From the NCBI RefSeq assembly GCF_036321535.1, contig NC_087438.1, forward strand, positions 12,526,001 to 12,590,000: 64,000 bases of DNA, given 5' to 3'. The translations under genes were made by a program, and so were the position numbers. The stretch is from Camelus dromedarius (taxonomy: Eukaryota). The notes under the pieces are model-generated. The model saw nothing but the letters and a program-made list of their open reading frames with translations. It was not told the DNA's origin and did not search any database. Below, piece after piece: positions 25,473-39,200 of this stretch (its first letter is position 1; each line of letters opens with the position of its first letter).

Positions 25473-26844
25473 TCACTTAATAGTAAAAATCAACAAAACC
25501 AAAAAGAACATAATTAGAAGACAAAAAAAAAAAAAAAAGAGTTGCTTACATTTCTGATGCTAGTCAGAACTTCATTATAATTTTTTATTTCCTCTCTTCT
25601 TTATTCTGTTTCCTCTGCATTTTTGTCTTTCCCATCAAGTTTTCTACTACTTTTTTTGGTCGGCTAATTAAATTCTAAAGTGATGATGTCACTGTCTTTC
25701 TTCCCTTTCTCCCTCCCTCTTTTCTTCCCTCTCCTCTTCTTTCTTTCCTTCCTTCCTTCCCTTCCTCCATCAAATTCACACTGACTGGGGCAAATATGTA
25801 CAAGGGGCCAAAATGATAAAAATTATATACATCTTAAATATGTACTTCTCAAATACACTTTAAATGTACTTTTTTTTTTGGCTTTGCATAACCCTTAATA
25901 TTCATTTGTTCTTTGTTCAGAAAGAATAATATTCTTTACTTGGAAATTATGTGTAATTTACTTTTCTCCCCTCCCCCGCCCCACCATTTACCTATAAGAA
26001 TAACTGGGAGGTTAAGAGCAGATATGTTCAGGATAATTTCAAATGGTCTTTGATGGAGAATATTTACTAAAAGAGAATTTTTAAGGTTTCACCTCCAGAA
26101 GCTCTCTTCCAGAATGCAGGGCAGCGGTTCCTAAATTCCATACAACTAGGCTACGGAAAATTTTCTTGGATATTCAAATAAAAACGTTCCAGGCACCAAG
26201 CCGTGCTTCTGACTCAGTAGTTCTTATGGAAGATGGAGGAAGGGAGACGTTTCATAAAGCCCTTCTTGGGGAATCCACTGAGATCGTGGAACTTTCAAAG
26301 ATTTGCGAAGAGACTTGGGTTAGAATCTTTTTTTGTGGATTATTCTTCGATCTTAAGTAAATTACTTAACATCTCTGGGGCTCAATTACCTCATTAGGAA
26401 AAAAAAGGGAAGAATAATAATTTGCTGCGAATATTTTTAAAAAGAGCTGGAAGTAACCAGCTCTTGATATATACTCAATGAACCACAGCAGAGGCTTCAG
26501 TTTCAGAAACAAACAAACAAACAAACAAAAACAAAACAAAACTAGGATTGTAAGCTCTAGCCTGTCTATTTACTTAAATTGTAAAAGAAAATATAATGGG
26601 AAGACATATCTTAATGTTTTCTTGGAAATACAAAAGCAATGACTATGGAATCAAGACCCAAATTATCCTAGACAAGGCAGCCCACTTTATAGGAAAAAAA
26701 TAAAACACACATGCAATGTATGGAAATCATTTTGGGGGGAGATTAAAATCCAAGATGGTTTTCCTGAGAATATTCAAATGAGAGTACAGAGACAACTAAG
26801 ATATGAATCAAGGAGGGAGAATGAATTGCCTTTGTGAATGGCAG

Positions 26845-27014
26845 GTGAAGACCTTGGAATCCTACCTCTTTTGTTTGGTCAGCTCTGTGACCTGGGGACA
26901 GATTTCACTTCCCGGAGCCTCAATATACTAATCTGAAAACTAGAGAATGTACCTGTCTTGGGGGTTCGTGGAGAGCATCAAAGGTCATGTTTAGCACAGT
27001 ACCTAGTATATAAG
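26845..27014 (+). mobile_element. MIR SINE, interrupted near its 3' end by an LTR; resumes at 27631-27650
   Basis: agctctgtgacctggggacag...gagcctcaat...tttagcacagtacctagtatataag | taagtactcattgaatg. Confidence 0.7.
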
Positions 27015-27630
27015 TGTTACCAAAGCTGTTGCCCCAGAATCATGCCCCTTCCCCTCCCTTGGACGGAAGCCAATTACGCTTATATAAGTTTCAGGAAGAA
27101 GCTGCAAAGATTAGAAAAACAAGAACTAGTTAGAACCAACTAGGCCCAAGATGGCAGAAGATTTGACTTCCAGGAGACTTCAAGCATCATTGTACACTCA
27201 TTGCACTACATTAGCATGCAAAAGACACACCCACCAGTGCCATGACAGTTGACGATTGCCATGACAGCAACTGGAAATGCCCATACAAGGACTGAAAGAG
27301 AGTGTTGCCTCAGTTCCAGGTCCAAACCAGACCCCTGTTCTCGGATAAATCTGAATTTCCCTCTCACTACCTAAGTCCCTCCCTTTTACCTCAACCTTAC
27401 TAAATATTTAGTGTCTCCACCTGAATTAGGTTGAGAAGTTGATTTTCAAACTAGATCCCAGCTTCTCCATTCTTTGGTAGTTGAATAAAGCCTGTGCTGT
27501 TCCAGCCTCAGCATTGGTTTCATCATTGGCTGCATGAATCTAGTTGGAAAAAGAACTGTCCTGGCCAAGACAAGGGTTCTCAGCCCAGGCTAGGACCCTT
27601 GGCCAAGTCCAGCTGACCAATTCAGTTACT
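27015..27630 (+). mobile_element. ERV1 solo LTR, MER41-like
   Basis: Starts tgttac; contains cattagcatgcaaaagacacacccaccagtgccatgacagttgac..tgccatg (MER41-type core) and AATAAA at 27484; 4-bp TSD taag (27011-27014, 27631-27634). Confidence 0.8.
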
Positions 27631-27949
27631 TAAGTACTCATTGAATGGATGCACTGTGCATATAATGTGCATTTCCCTCCAAACAAGTGAATAGTCAAGA
27701 CTGAGGCAAATCATCTTTCCCACACCCTGATTTTTATGATCAGTTTCTCTTTTAAAGAAAAATCCTATTTTATAGATTAATTCTGGTTGGATCTTTATTT
27801 ATTCTGTATGTATAACATTCCACTGATGTCAGCTTTCCTAGGGTGTTCTTCATTGCTTCATTCATTGATTCACCAAATATTTATGAAGCAATTACTATCT
27901 GCCAGGAATCATATTTCTGCAAATGTTAGGAATACAATAATCATGAAAA

Positions 27950-29180
27950 CAGAGTCCAGAACTTTCCCCTCAACTCTGGACTCCAAAATACAACTTTCCT
28001 CTTGAACCCGCTACTTGGCCATCTTACAGGTGTCTCAAAGGCCACATATCACAAAGAACTTCTAATCTTTCCTCCCAGTCTTGCTCCTTCAGGCTTCTTT
28101 GGCTCAACTAATGGTAACTCTATCTTCCAGATACAACAAATCAGTGATTGCATCCTTGACTCATTTCTTTTTCTCATACTCAGTATCCCACATGTCAGAA
28201 AATTCTGTTGACTTTATACATCTGCTACAACCAGGATCCAACCACTGTTGTCACCCTGGCCCAGGTCACCCGAGTCTCTTATTCAGCTTATTGCAAGGGC
28301 CTTCTCACCAAGTGCTCTGCTCTTGTCTCAACCCTCTGACACTCATCTCACCAGAGCAGCCAGAATGGCCTTGGTGAAACGTAAGCGAGACCATGTCATT
28401 CTTCAGCTCAAAACCTTCAGCTGGCTCTCTGTGTCACCCAGAGGGAATGACAATGTCTTAACCAGAGTAGACAGGCAGAGGGAACGGTAACCCACTAGAT
28501 CCTGCAAACAGACCAGCTGTGTAATTTACAACAGGCAGACCAGCTGTGTAATTTGCAAGTCCTTGTCCAAAAATGTTTAGGAATTTCAAGACGGTCAGAA
28601 TATTAAAGTAGGTCTGAGGTTATTCTGAGCGTAGTGTCCTGTGTGTCGGCCCGGGTGACATGCCCATGAACCAGGCCTTGCCTATAGGTTCTCCTAGGGT
28701 CTCCCTTCTTCCCTTCCCTCCATAAGCTCCAGTTTTATCGTCTTTCATTCCTTCTGCTCAACCAGGCTGGCTTCTTGGCTGTTCCTCCAGTGGGACCATC
28801 CCAGGCACCCTGTTGATTTCAGGTCTTTAAGCGTGATATTCCCTCTGTCCAGGTGTCCTCCAAACCCCCTCACCTCCCTCACAACTTTGCTCAGATGTCA
28901 CATTCTCAGTGAGATCTCCTTGACCATCCTATTTTAAATTTCAACCCACCATCTACCTACCCTCCGCAACATACCTTGCTCTTTTTCCCCATTCCCCAAT
29001 TCTTTCCTCCACAGTGCTAATTATCCATAGATGATACATTTTTCTTAAATAATTTGCTTATTCTGTCTCCCACCACAAGAATATAAGCTCCATAAGGCTG
29101 AGCTTTTGTCTTTTTTTTTTTTGTTCCTCTAGCACCTAGGACAGAGTAGAAAGTCAATAAATATTATTGAAAGGGATGAA
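27950..29180 (+). mobile_element. L2 LINE 3' region, interrupted by a hAT relic
   Basis: catccttgactcatttctttt, cagagcagccagaatggcctt, ctttgctcagatgtcac, terminus tagcacctaggacagagtag..tcaataaatat. Confidence 0.75.
28530..28682 (+). mobile_element. MER45-like hAT-Tip100 relic
   Basis: ccttgtccaaaaatgtttaggaatttcaagacgg...catgcccatgaaccaggccttg; its 5' end is locally duplicated (28509-28527 = 28536-28554). Confidence 0.6.
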
Positions 29181-29299
29181 AAAGCTAGTGGTTGAAGAGG
29201 TAAAAATTAAACATAATCTTCCAACAATGAATAGTTAAATCTGAGTTATATACCATGAAGGAACATAAGCTCCATGAAAAACCATAACCAGGATGAGGC

Positions 29300-29765
29300 T
29301 GGGGAGAGGGATAAATGTTGTAGGCAGAGGGAACAGCATGATTTAGGGACCTGTGTGCAGAGGGAACAAGGAATTCTTGAGGAGCTGAGGTGAGTGCATA
29401 GTAGTAGGAATTCACAGAGAAAAAGCAAAAGAGGAAAAGATGAGTCTGGACACACAGCTGAGGTCAGTATAAGCAGGACTTTGCAGGCCAGGCTGAGGAC
29501 TCTGTTCCTCACACCACAGGAGAATGTAAATGGGGTGGGGTGGGGTGGGTGCATATGGGAAGGAAAGAAAAGATCATTCTAGGTTCAGTGTGGGGAACAG
29601 ACGAGGGTCCAGGATGGATTCAGGAAGTCTGATGAGGAAATTCTTGCAGTTACCAGACTGAGACGAAGGGCTGCTTGGACTACAGAAGCAACAGAGAAAT
29701 GGAGAAAAAGAGGCGGATGAGGCACTTAAATAGAGGTAAAATCCACAGTCCTGGCCACGGGGTAG
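29300..29765 (-). mobile_element. Degenerate L2 fragment
   Basis: ggcagagggaacagcatg, ggactttgcaggccagg, gaggtaaaatccacag: typical reverse L2. Confidence 0.6.
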
Positions 29766-29834
29766 GTTAAGGCATGTGTCCTCTGCGGGGGCAATATTGT
29801 CCTCAAGGGAGTGGAAGTTGGTTCTGGGGGCTGT

Positions 29835-30128
29835 AGTTTGTCAGGGTTGGTTCTTCTCAGGCCTCTCTCCTTGGCTTGCAGATGCTCACTTTTTTGGTGT
29901 GTCCTCACGCGGTCTGCCCTCTGTGTGCGAGTGTCCCTGACGTTTCTCTGTGTGTGTAACTTTCCTCTTCTTATAAAACACCAGCCAGATCGGATTAGGG
30001 TCTACACTTACAATGTCATTTTAACTTCACCTCTGTAAATACCTCATCTGCAGATGTGGTCACATCCTGAGGTGCTGGGTGTTAGGACTTCAACATAGCA
30101 ATTTTAAGGGCTGTAATTCATCCCACAT
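29835..30128 (-). mobile_element. MaLR LTR fragment (MLT1B/C-like)
   Basis: gggttggttcttctcaggcctctctccttggcttgcagatg...cctcttcttataaaacaccag...ggtcacatcctgaggtgctgggtgttaggacttcaacat. Confidence 0.8.
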
Positions 30129-30317
30129 CTGAAGTAAAAAAATCTTACCCTTTGTATATGTATGCCACAGGAACACATATGGCACATATACAGGTATACA
30201 GTGGATTTGTGGTATTGAAATTTCATACAGGTAGGGAACAGCTAGAGGAAAAAATGACTGAAAAACTCCTGGAGTAGGGAGTGATAACAAAGGATGGTTG
30301 AACTCTTCAGGAATGTG

Positions 30318-30865
30318 ACAAAATGCTCAACATGGCTAATTATTAGAGAAATGCAAATTAAAACTATGATGAGGTAGTACCTCACACTGGTCATAATGGC
30401 TATTATCAAAATGTCTAGAAATAATAAACACTGGAGAAGGTGTGGAGAAAGGGCACCCTCGTACACTGTTGGTGAGAATATAAATTGGTGCAGCCACTGT
30501 GGAAAACAGTATGGAGATTCCTTATAAAACTAAAGATAGACTTACCATATGATCCAGCAGTCCAGCTCCTAGGCATATAACCATAAAAGGCAAAACCTTT
30601 AATTTGAAAAGATGCATGCACCCCAATGTTCATAGCAGCCATGATGTGGAAACAATCTAAATGTCCATTGACAGATGACTGGATAAAGAAGTTGTGGTAT
30701 ATTTATACAATGGAATACTACTCAGCCAAAATAAAGCCATTTGCAGCAACATGGATGGAACTGGAGATCGTTATTCTAAGTGAAGTAAGCTGGAAAGAGA
30801 AAGAAAAATACCATATGATATCACTTATATGTGGACTCTAAAATGATGATACAAATGATACAAAC
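30318..30865 (+). mobile_element. L1 fragment (ORF2 C-terminus, start of 3' UTR)
   Basis: Translates to L1 ORF2 end motifs such as [27 protein letters not shown] and FAATWMELEIVILSEVS. Confidence 0.92.
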
Positions 30866-31029
30866 TCCAGGATTGGATTCTTCTAGGTGCATGTGATAGA
30901 AACCTAGACCTCCAAACCCAGTTAGGGACCTGGCAAGATTGTTGTTGATATGGTGGCCATTGCATGACAATCAGACCGGGAGGGAGTGAAGAACCAGGAG
31001 ACCGATGGACGGGAAGAAAGGAAAGCAAT

Positions 31030-31700
31030 CAGTGGGATAAACACCCCGGAGAAGCCAAACCACAGTCACGGTAAGAGTAGTCGGAAAAGCATGTTCAAGT
31101 CATGAAGCAGGACACTTGAATTTGAAGCTTTGGAGGTGGAGATGTTTTGCATGGTGACAGTTCTCCTGGTAACTGGGGAAGAAGGTGGCTGAAGGGGTGA
31201 GTAGGTTATTGAATAAGAGGAAGTGAAGATGCTGAGAGCCCAGGGCTTCAGATAAGTTGTCCGTGTGGAAGGCGGTGCCACCCGGGAGGCTGGTGGCCAA
31301 GCCGTGGGTAAAGAGAAGGAGTAAACAGGAGCCCGTGAAGATGTGAGGAGGAGGGAAGGTCAAGAAGCAGAAGCCTCGAAGCAGACTTGGTGCTGTTTTT
31401 CACAAAAGAGTGGGAGAACAGACTTCTAGAAGTCGCAGTGAGGAGCAAGGTGCTCACCAGCTCCACTGGAGAGGGGTGGAGCTCAGCCTCAGCGTCTTCA
31501 GTCAAGGCAAGGAGGTAGAAGAGATGTTCCAAAAAGGGAACTGAGGATAAGAAGGAATTTGCCTGCGCTGACACTGTGGTCTGCAGCACATAACGGCAGA
31601 GTTTGGGGGGCGGGGAGGAGAGCACAGCTGAGCCTGGGTGAGGAAACATAGTGCATTATGGGAATGATGACGGTGCAGCCCGTGGGTTCCCCGGAAGCTT
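31030..31700 (-). mobile_element. Degenerate L2-like fragment
   Basis: Purine-rich reverse-L2-like blocks such as gaggaagtgaagatgctgagagcc and gagatgttcc. Confidence 0.4.
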
Positions 31701-31999
31701 CCCCTTGGGTGTGGACTGATGATAATTGGAGATGAGAGACATGGAGATGAAACTCTAACACTCCCGTGGTGGACAGTGAGTTCTGGCCCTAATGGCCAAA
31801 GAGGAATTCTCCACTCTGCCTCAGTAGACCTTGCAGGCTGGACCTCAAACAAAGCACACGTGGTGAACCTACTTCACACGTGGGCTCAGCACACATTGTT
31901 CTGACCACCTCAAACCTCTCCAAAGACCTCCCAGGCCTTTACGCTCCTTGACCCTTCCTCTCTCACAACCTGCACTTAGAAGATGTTCTCTGACTCCTT

Positions 32000-32170
32000 G
32001 GTTTGAAGCTTGCCTCTGAGACTTTATGAGCTTAGCGACCTCAGGCAAGTGACTCGGCCTCTCTGTGCTTCATCCTCCTTATCTGTAAAATGGGAATAAT
32101 ATCATGCAACTCACGGGGTTGTCACGCAGATGATACAATGGACCTGAGTCACAGCACCTGGGACCTAGAG
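32000..32170 (+). mobile_element. MIR SINE
   Basis: gacctcaggcaagtgactcggcctctctgtgcttcatcctccttatctgtaaaatgggaataat. Confidence 0.8.
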
Positions 32171-34854
32171 AGGGACGAAAGAGAACACGCAGCCTAATTT
32201 CTGTTTCTCCAAATGGTTCCTAAAATCCAGCCTTACCGGACTTTCCCCAGTCGTCTCTGTTCTGTGTCTCCCTCACTGGACCGTGTGTGACTCTAGGGCA
32301 GGGACCTAACTTCTCATTTTCTTATCTCGAGTACTCTGAATGTTGCCTCACACTTAGTATGTTAAAAATATTTGTTGAGGTGTAAGTGACTTACATACTA
32401 TGACCTCTATGTCCTCTCCCAGATCTATTTGCCTTTTACGACGAGACAAAAAATTTAAGTAAAAATGACTCTCAGCTGTCCAATTTCAGGTGAAAGGTCA
32501 GGCGGAGGAGAGAGAGTTATTTGGGGAAGGGCGGGGTGGCTTCGGTGGGCAGGGCAGCGTTATCAGTGAGGATCGTCTGGGAACCACTGAAACTGCATCA
32601 CATGCAGCTGGTTTTTGATTCTCAGTTAATAAGGCTAATCCTGTCTTTGGTGTTTGTTTCATGATATGACCTGATAACAACATGATTTGTCATCCTATTA
32701 ATGAATTTACAGTATAACAATCTCGAGTTCTTGGAAAGAAGGGGTGTAAGTGCTTGTTCTAATTCAAATATTAGAAATGAAAACGCACCTGTGAATCACA
32801 GGCTGAAGCCAGTCATTACTATATGAATAGAGCTGCCTCACTAAGCGTCCGACGTCTGAATAGACTCCGATGCATCTCCAATAGTCTTCCTGTGGGACTG
32901 GCAGCCGTTGGGCAGATGGCCTTACAGTGATCTTGCTGAAAACACTGTGTGATACTGTGTATTCAATCTGGATAGAATACAAGCAATTAGAATGGCCTTT
33001 ATTTCACTTGGTATTCTTTGGAAAAAGTAACATTTATTGTTGGGTTCTTCATGCCTTCCTGGAAGTTTGACAGCTGTTTTAGAATCAGAGTTTCAGCCTT
33101 TCCCTGAAGGTCCCATTGAAAGTTCCCGGGGCCGCTCTCTACTGATTACAAGAGCTGGCGTTCCCTTACCTAATTCTCCAAATCTCTAAAGACAATTAAT
33201 AGCAATTCAATGGCTTTATCTTTTTAAAACAAGGAACTAGGACTTTACACGCTAAGTCTATTATCAATCCATCAGTGTTATTAAGTAACCAGAGAGTAAG
33301 TTTATTCTGGCAAAGCCCTTACAGTAAACTAACATACATATCATCTTCTTTCTATATGTACTGTGGGGTGATTTGCTGACTTCTGGTGGAAACACACACA
33401 GTTCTCTTACAGATTTTCTTCTTATGAATCATGATATTTTCTTTTCCTAGATGGAAAAAAGTAAAAATATAAAGAGTTCATAATTTCCATCCATTATATC
33501 GTGTGCTAAGCATATGCCTATATCTTCATTATATTTCGCCAATTAAAAAATGACTTATTCTTCATTTACACAAGGCACACAGAAAATATACTTCAACTAT
33601 AATACACTTTTAAAAAGAAAAAAAAACCTGTTATTATCCTTAAATTTGCTTATCAAATTTATAATACAATGAAAATAATTGTATGAGGTTATAAGGCATA
33701 TGGATTATTATATTTAAAAAACATTCACATTAGTCGTTTCTTCATTTATCCTGGGCATCTGATTTTAGGGAGAAATGCTGGCTAGTCGTGCAACCTAGTT
33801 TGATTGATAGTTTCTTATAATCTCGGTCTTTGAGGAAATGCCTGGATCTATTAGTGGATCTATCAACTGAGAAATTGCTTGATTAAATCTTGGTTAACTT
33901 TTTTTAAGGCCCATCATTCTGTTGGCACCCAACCATCTATACTCCACAGCCCACATTCATTCACACAAGGTCCTTCTGATGTTCAAATCAGAATTCTTCC
34001 AACTTTACCCTTCTTCCATTTCTCTGAAGCAAGCACAATTCATCCTTACCAGTTACAAGCCACCAGTACTCTCAAAAGCAAGAGGAGGCCAAAGTGTAGC
34101 TGATGATTCAGATAATTTTGTTGAGTTGAACCTAAAGATACTTTGCATTTGAATTTTGGCTTTGTTTTTGTTTGTTTGTTTTAATCTTAGACTATGGTTC
34201 CACTTGTTCCTTGAGACAGTTTGGGTTTATGGAATTCAGAAGAGAGTCTTGTGTGATCTTTGAGGAAGATCACTTAGGAAGGTCAACGTGCAGGGGTGTA
34301 GTTGTAGACAGGAGAGATGCCTGAAAGCCCACAGGGTCCAGAAATGAGCATGCTAACTGGGAACTAGCAGATCAGATGAAGAAGATGGTAACCCACTTTG
34401 GCCCTTTGTCAGTGGACAAGGTCAAATATCAGAGATCTTTGTGATTTATGAAGCCAAACACTCGACCACGTGTGCATTTACCATAGATGCTCGATGCTTT
34501 AAACTTCTCCCCAGTCTATCTTTCCTGCCTTTTGACTTCTCCCCAGTCCTCCCAGGGCTTTTCCTGAACCTGTGGGCTTCCGTCCTTCTGCTTACATCAT
34601 TCCTCATCCCATGTGTATTTCTGATAATAGGTTTGCTGAGTACAAGGGAATTTTGTGAAATGGTAGAGGTGGAGGGTGGAGATGGGAAGTAGCTCCTTAA
34701 TATATTCACCTTCCCTAATTAAGAATTATATTTCAAGATAACTGATGCTAACTGATGGAGAGGTCTCTGCATAAGAAATGAATGTAATTTGCTAAATTGT
34801 CATGATTGAACACACGGCAAAGAGGAAGGCACTAGCATATATCTCAGAGTATTT

Positions 34855-35015
34855 CTGCAACATAATATGCATATCAGTCACCTGGGGTCCACATTAAATT
34901 GCAGATTCTGATTCAGTAGGTCTGGACTAGGGCAAAAGCACATCATTTCTGAAGAAAAAGCTTCCAAGGGGTGTCTACACTGCTGGTTGGTCCTGGCTCC
35001 ACCCATCAATAGCTA
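34855..35015. mobile_element. MER5A-like hAT relic
   Basis: gcatatcagtcacctgggg...tgcagattctgattcagtaggtctgg. Confidence 0.7.
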
Positions 35016-36716
35016 GGGCTTATGGGATTCCAAATAATTGACCTATTCTATACAATTGGAGCTCATCTATTTCTGGGAGTGTATGTCAAAGGTCTGCTTG
35101 TAGTCTTTTCCAATCTGGTACTTAAACAGAGATTCCTTGGCCTCTGCCTTTGATGTCTATATCTGATTAATTGCTAGGCTTAAGTCATGAAATGTTGAAT
35201 GGCTATTACCTGGCCTCCACAGCTAGATGACAGGTTCTGTGTCTTTAAATATGTGGAGAGTTATTGTTTTCTGTTTCTCAAAGGATCGCTGATCATTCCC
35301 AGCATACCCTCCGCCCCCAACATTCACAGGGGACTAAAATAGAAACAGGGCCAAATTCATGCTGCACAACTTTGGCTTGTGCAGAGCAGGGGCCTGTAGG
35401 ATGCTGGGGCCTGTTTGAATCTTCATCACTGAGTGATTGTCTCAAAAAGAATAGACTCTAATGTAATCCCTGTCCCTGGACGAGAACCCCTGACTCAGAG
35501 CACAGCCTGGTGGATTTAGAAGGCTGGGTCACTGACCCTCACAAGTCGCGAGTGCTCCACGTGATAATGGAAAGATCACACGGTTGCCTTCTGTCAGTGA
35601 ACAGCCCCTGCCAGGTTCTCATTCTGTGAGTCCCTCTTCCACCTGTGTCTGGGAAGACTTCAGTCCCACGTGAAGTTCATCTTTGCCTGCACCTTAGGGG
35701 ACAATTTCTTGACCTCTGTCTCATCAAGGGACTTAGGAAGCCTTGGCCCAACACTGAGGTTAATGATGGCACTGTGGCCTTGGTTCTGAGGCCCTTGGAC
35801 AAGTTTGCCCTTGGACAAGTCTGCCCTTGGACACACTTAGGATAAGAGCATTAGTAGCATATCCCAGAACCTTCCTAAACTGCACTCCTCCAGAATTGAG
35901 GTCTTTCTTAGATGATGACAGTCCTCTTCTTGGCTGGGAGGCCAGGTCCTAAGCTCACTGCCAGTGGGAAGATTGCAGCAGCCAACGTGAGCTTTCCACG
36001 GTCTCTGCTGAGGCCACCTGTAGCATCTCTGAATTTCACCTTTTACCTGGATCCTCTGCCCCTCCTACCTGCACAGATAATCCCATTGTTATTCCATCCT
36101 ATACATCCTAACACTGTTTGCCTTGACTGGTCGAAATTTACTGAATTCTCTGAATACTGGGGTTTTGTTCAGTTTCATCCCTAAACTGTTAGGAGTCCGG
36201 GCATTCCCCACATTAAGGGGCAGGCCTATTCCTGGGTCTACCTCCTCTAGTCTGATCTTTGCTCCACAGTGAATCTGACTTTGCCCGACAACATTCTGAG
36301 ATGAAACGTGGGTGCCAGGGAGGTGGCTGTTCCTGATGTTTCTGAGTGTTTGGTGATGGTGTCAACCAGAAGAAGAACCACATACTGAAATTTTGAGACA
36401 AGGGTGTTATAGAAAGTTTTGGGGTAGAGTTCTTTGCCTAATCTCTGGACTGGGACTCAGGAGCTTATAACCCACATCCATTCTGTTAATGTGAGGGATA
36501 AATCTTATTACCTTTCTTTATAGTTACATGCCCAGAAAGGATTATAGAGTACTTAGGTGTGGCCACCTACAATGTTAACTCTCAGATACTGTCACTGGGA
36601 CCTGACAGCTTATTTTACCAAAAAAAAAGATACTTTTTAGTTCCTTATAGTTTTTTTTTTTTAAATAAAGCTATTATTCGTCAGACTTAAGGAGATTTGA
36701 AAGTGATCAGGATATA

Positions 36717-37096
36717 CATATTGAGTGAAGGAAGTCAGAGAAAGACAAATATCATATGATATTACTTATGGGTGGAATCTAAAAAAAAAATGATACAAAC
36801 TCTATTCACAAAACGAAAACAGACTCATGGACACAGAAAACAAACTATGTTACCAAAGGGAAAAGCACGGGGAGGGATAAATCAGGGGTTAGAGATTAAC
36901 ACATTACTATACATAAAATAGAGAAACAACGTGGACCTACTGTATAGCATGGGGAACTATATACAATTTCTTGTAATAGCATATAATGGGAAAGAATCTG
37001 AAAAGAAAAAACATATATTTATGTATAACTGAATCACTTCTCTGTATACCTGAAACTAACATTGTAAATCTACCACACTTCAATAGAAAAAAAAAC
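36717..37096 (+). mobile_element. 5'-truncated L1 with TSD
   Basis: L1 3' UTR plus A tail; TSD tgatcaggatata (36704-36716) / tgatcgggatata (37097-37109). Confidence 0.9.
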
Positions 37097-38040
37097 TGAT
37101 CGGGATATATATGTAATAAATACACATGTATGTATACACACAAATGCATACATTAAAAATGTCTCTAATTCAGTGTTTTCTTTCACTAGCTCATATACAA
37201 ACTTGATAATTTTGCTATATTCATGTAACATGTGAACTTGTTTACTTAAGTGTTTTCCTCAGATTAGCTCAGTGGTTTATTTTTATGGAGACATTTATTT
37301 AAATAGGGACATCTATTTCACCGTCAAAATGGAAAACCATTATAATTTGCCATAAATAGGAGATACCAGAAGACTTGAATTCTAGCCAGGTGGTGTGGTC
37401 TGCCGTAGACTCTGGATGGGAGGTGCACTTGCTCAAGCAAGGAGATCAGTCAGGGCTGGAGTGGAGAGAAAAAAAACTCTAGATCAAACTGAGCCTTAAC
37501 CTGGGTTTGGATTGAAGAGCACCGAAAAGGAAGCACCTCTGCGCTTTATTACATGTTGGTTCCCGGAACCACCTACCACCGTCTTGCCAGACCCCAGTGT
37601 GGACATCGCACTGCCTGGAAATTAATGACCAGACTCTGTCTGTGCCCAACAAAAATTGTCTTTGTTCCCGCTATTTTGAACATAATTTCTATTGCACCTA
37701 AGCTGCTAACACCATCAACTGAAAAGAGGAATATGAATCAAATCACATCGGGTCCTCTTTAAAATATATTATCAAAGAGGTCCTTTAACTGGCTTTGCCA
37801 CTAACTTACAGCTACTTCACAGATACGTTAGTTTAGAAGAAACAAATCACTTGTGGCTTCTCTGTATAGGCTCTGCCCTTGAGATGTTTTCCCTAAAGTT
37901 TGCTAGGAGCTGCCTCCAGCCCTTCCTTCCAATAATTTGGTCATTCAACTTCACACATCTTGTCATGCAGCTTCAAGGACCTAAACTCGCTTTTTTTCAT
38001 CTCTTTTCTTCCGTCTCCCTCCATCCTTGTCCATCTGTGG

Positions 38041-38551
38041 TGTAAGGCCTAAAACTAAGGCCCAGTATTATGTGTTGCCTTGACATCTAGGGAAATGGGG
38101 AAGGGCTTGAATGGCCGAACAGTGTGCTTCCTTCGCCTCCCTGCTCCTGTGGGCAGGGGGCCCCAGCCAAACAGCGCCTCCCACCCCCGTGTCATGGGGA
38201 CCAGGCACTGGCCCTGCTTATCCCTGAGCAGCAGGCTTCAGTTCCCTGCCAGTCCACAGACTGGTTCATACAAGTCCATTGCATCCTCCCTCTGGAAGCG
38301 CCCCAACCTCTCCCTTCTTATTACTACAAAGCCTGCCTCCTACAGTCTCCACTGATTCACTTCGCTCCAAGTACGGCTCCTGTGGGCCTTGGTAGAGTGG
38401 TGTCCCCCCTGGGCTGTGAGTGTGTGAGGCTAATAAGCTGCTGTTGGTCTCCTCTGTCCACAGTTGGCAGTCGTGTAGTTGTGCATCCCCATGACTCTTG
38501 AGTGGGAAATCTCTCCCTGAGCAATAAGGTAAAGCAAAGGTGGTTAAAACA
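38041..38551 (+). mobile_element. ERVL-type solo LTR (MER54/MER73/MER74-like)
   Basis: Starts tgtaaggcctaaaactaaggcccagtattatgtgttgccttgacatct, has ctaataagctgctgttg in the polyA-signal position, ends ggttaaaaca. Confidence 0.65.
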
Positions 38552-38999
38552 CCCTCTCAGATGTGCCACTGCTATGAAGCGTCCCATAACCCGGTGCCCT
38601 TTGCTGTGGGATCTTTGGAAGGGGAGTGAAACCGTCAATTAAAATTTGAAGACACATTTACATTAAACTGCAACTATGTGGTCATTTCCCGTGTTTTCTG
38701 GGGATGCGATTTTAGGCAGTGTACTCAGTGGATGAGAGAGATATTTTTGGGAAGTGCAGGATGACTGTCTTCTTTGTCTGATGGTAAGCCCTGTCCTAAA
38801 TGCTCGGCTCACGTGCTTATGCACCAGAGGAGGGAAACCGACCTGAATATAAACTACAAAGTCTTGGACAGACAGTCAGAGTGTTTTTAAGAAAGATACC
38901 ACACTCCATATTTTAACATTTCAAAGTCCTTACAAAAAGCCACACCATCAGGTAAAAAGAAAAGATTTATTTCTCTTGCTTATCGGTACCATGGAAACA

Positions 39000-39200
39000 T
39001 GGTGTAGTTTGTTAACAACAGACACAAGGGTTTCACTCACTGGGTTTGATGGCTAGTTCTGACTCGAACCGCTGATAATCCCAGCTATTTACTTACCATC
39101 AGTTACATCTGTAAAATGGGTACTTATCCTTGGGGTTCTTGTGGGGATGGACGGGGTTAATAGTGCCAGGCCCATGGTAAGTATTGCTCACATTTTGGCT
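39000..39200 (+). mobile_element. MIR SINE
   Basis: catctgtaaaatggg...ggggttcttgtgggga...ccaggcccatggtaag. Confidence 0.55.

Noticed and set aside
30626..30841. ORFs with real protein similarity (also 62023-62253)
   Set aside because: Broken fragments of L1 ORF2, not host genes.
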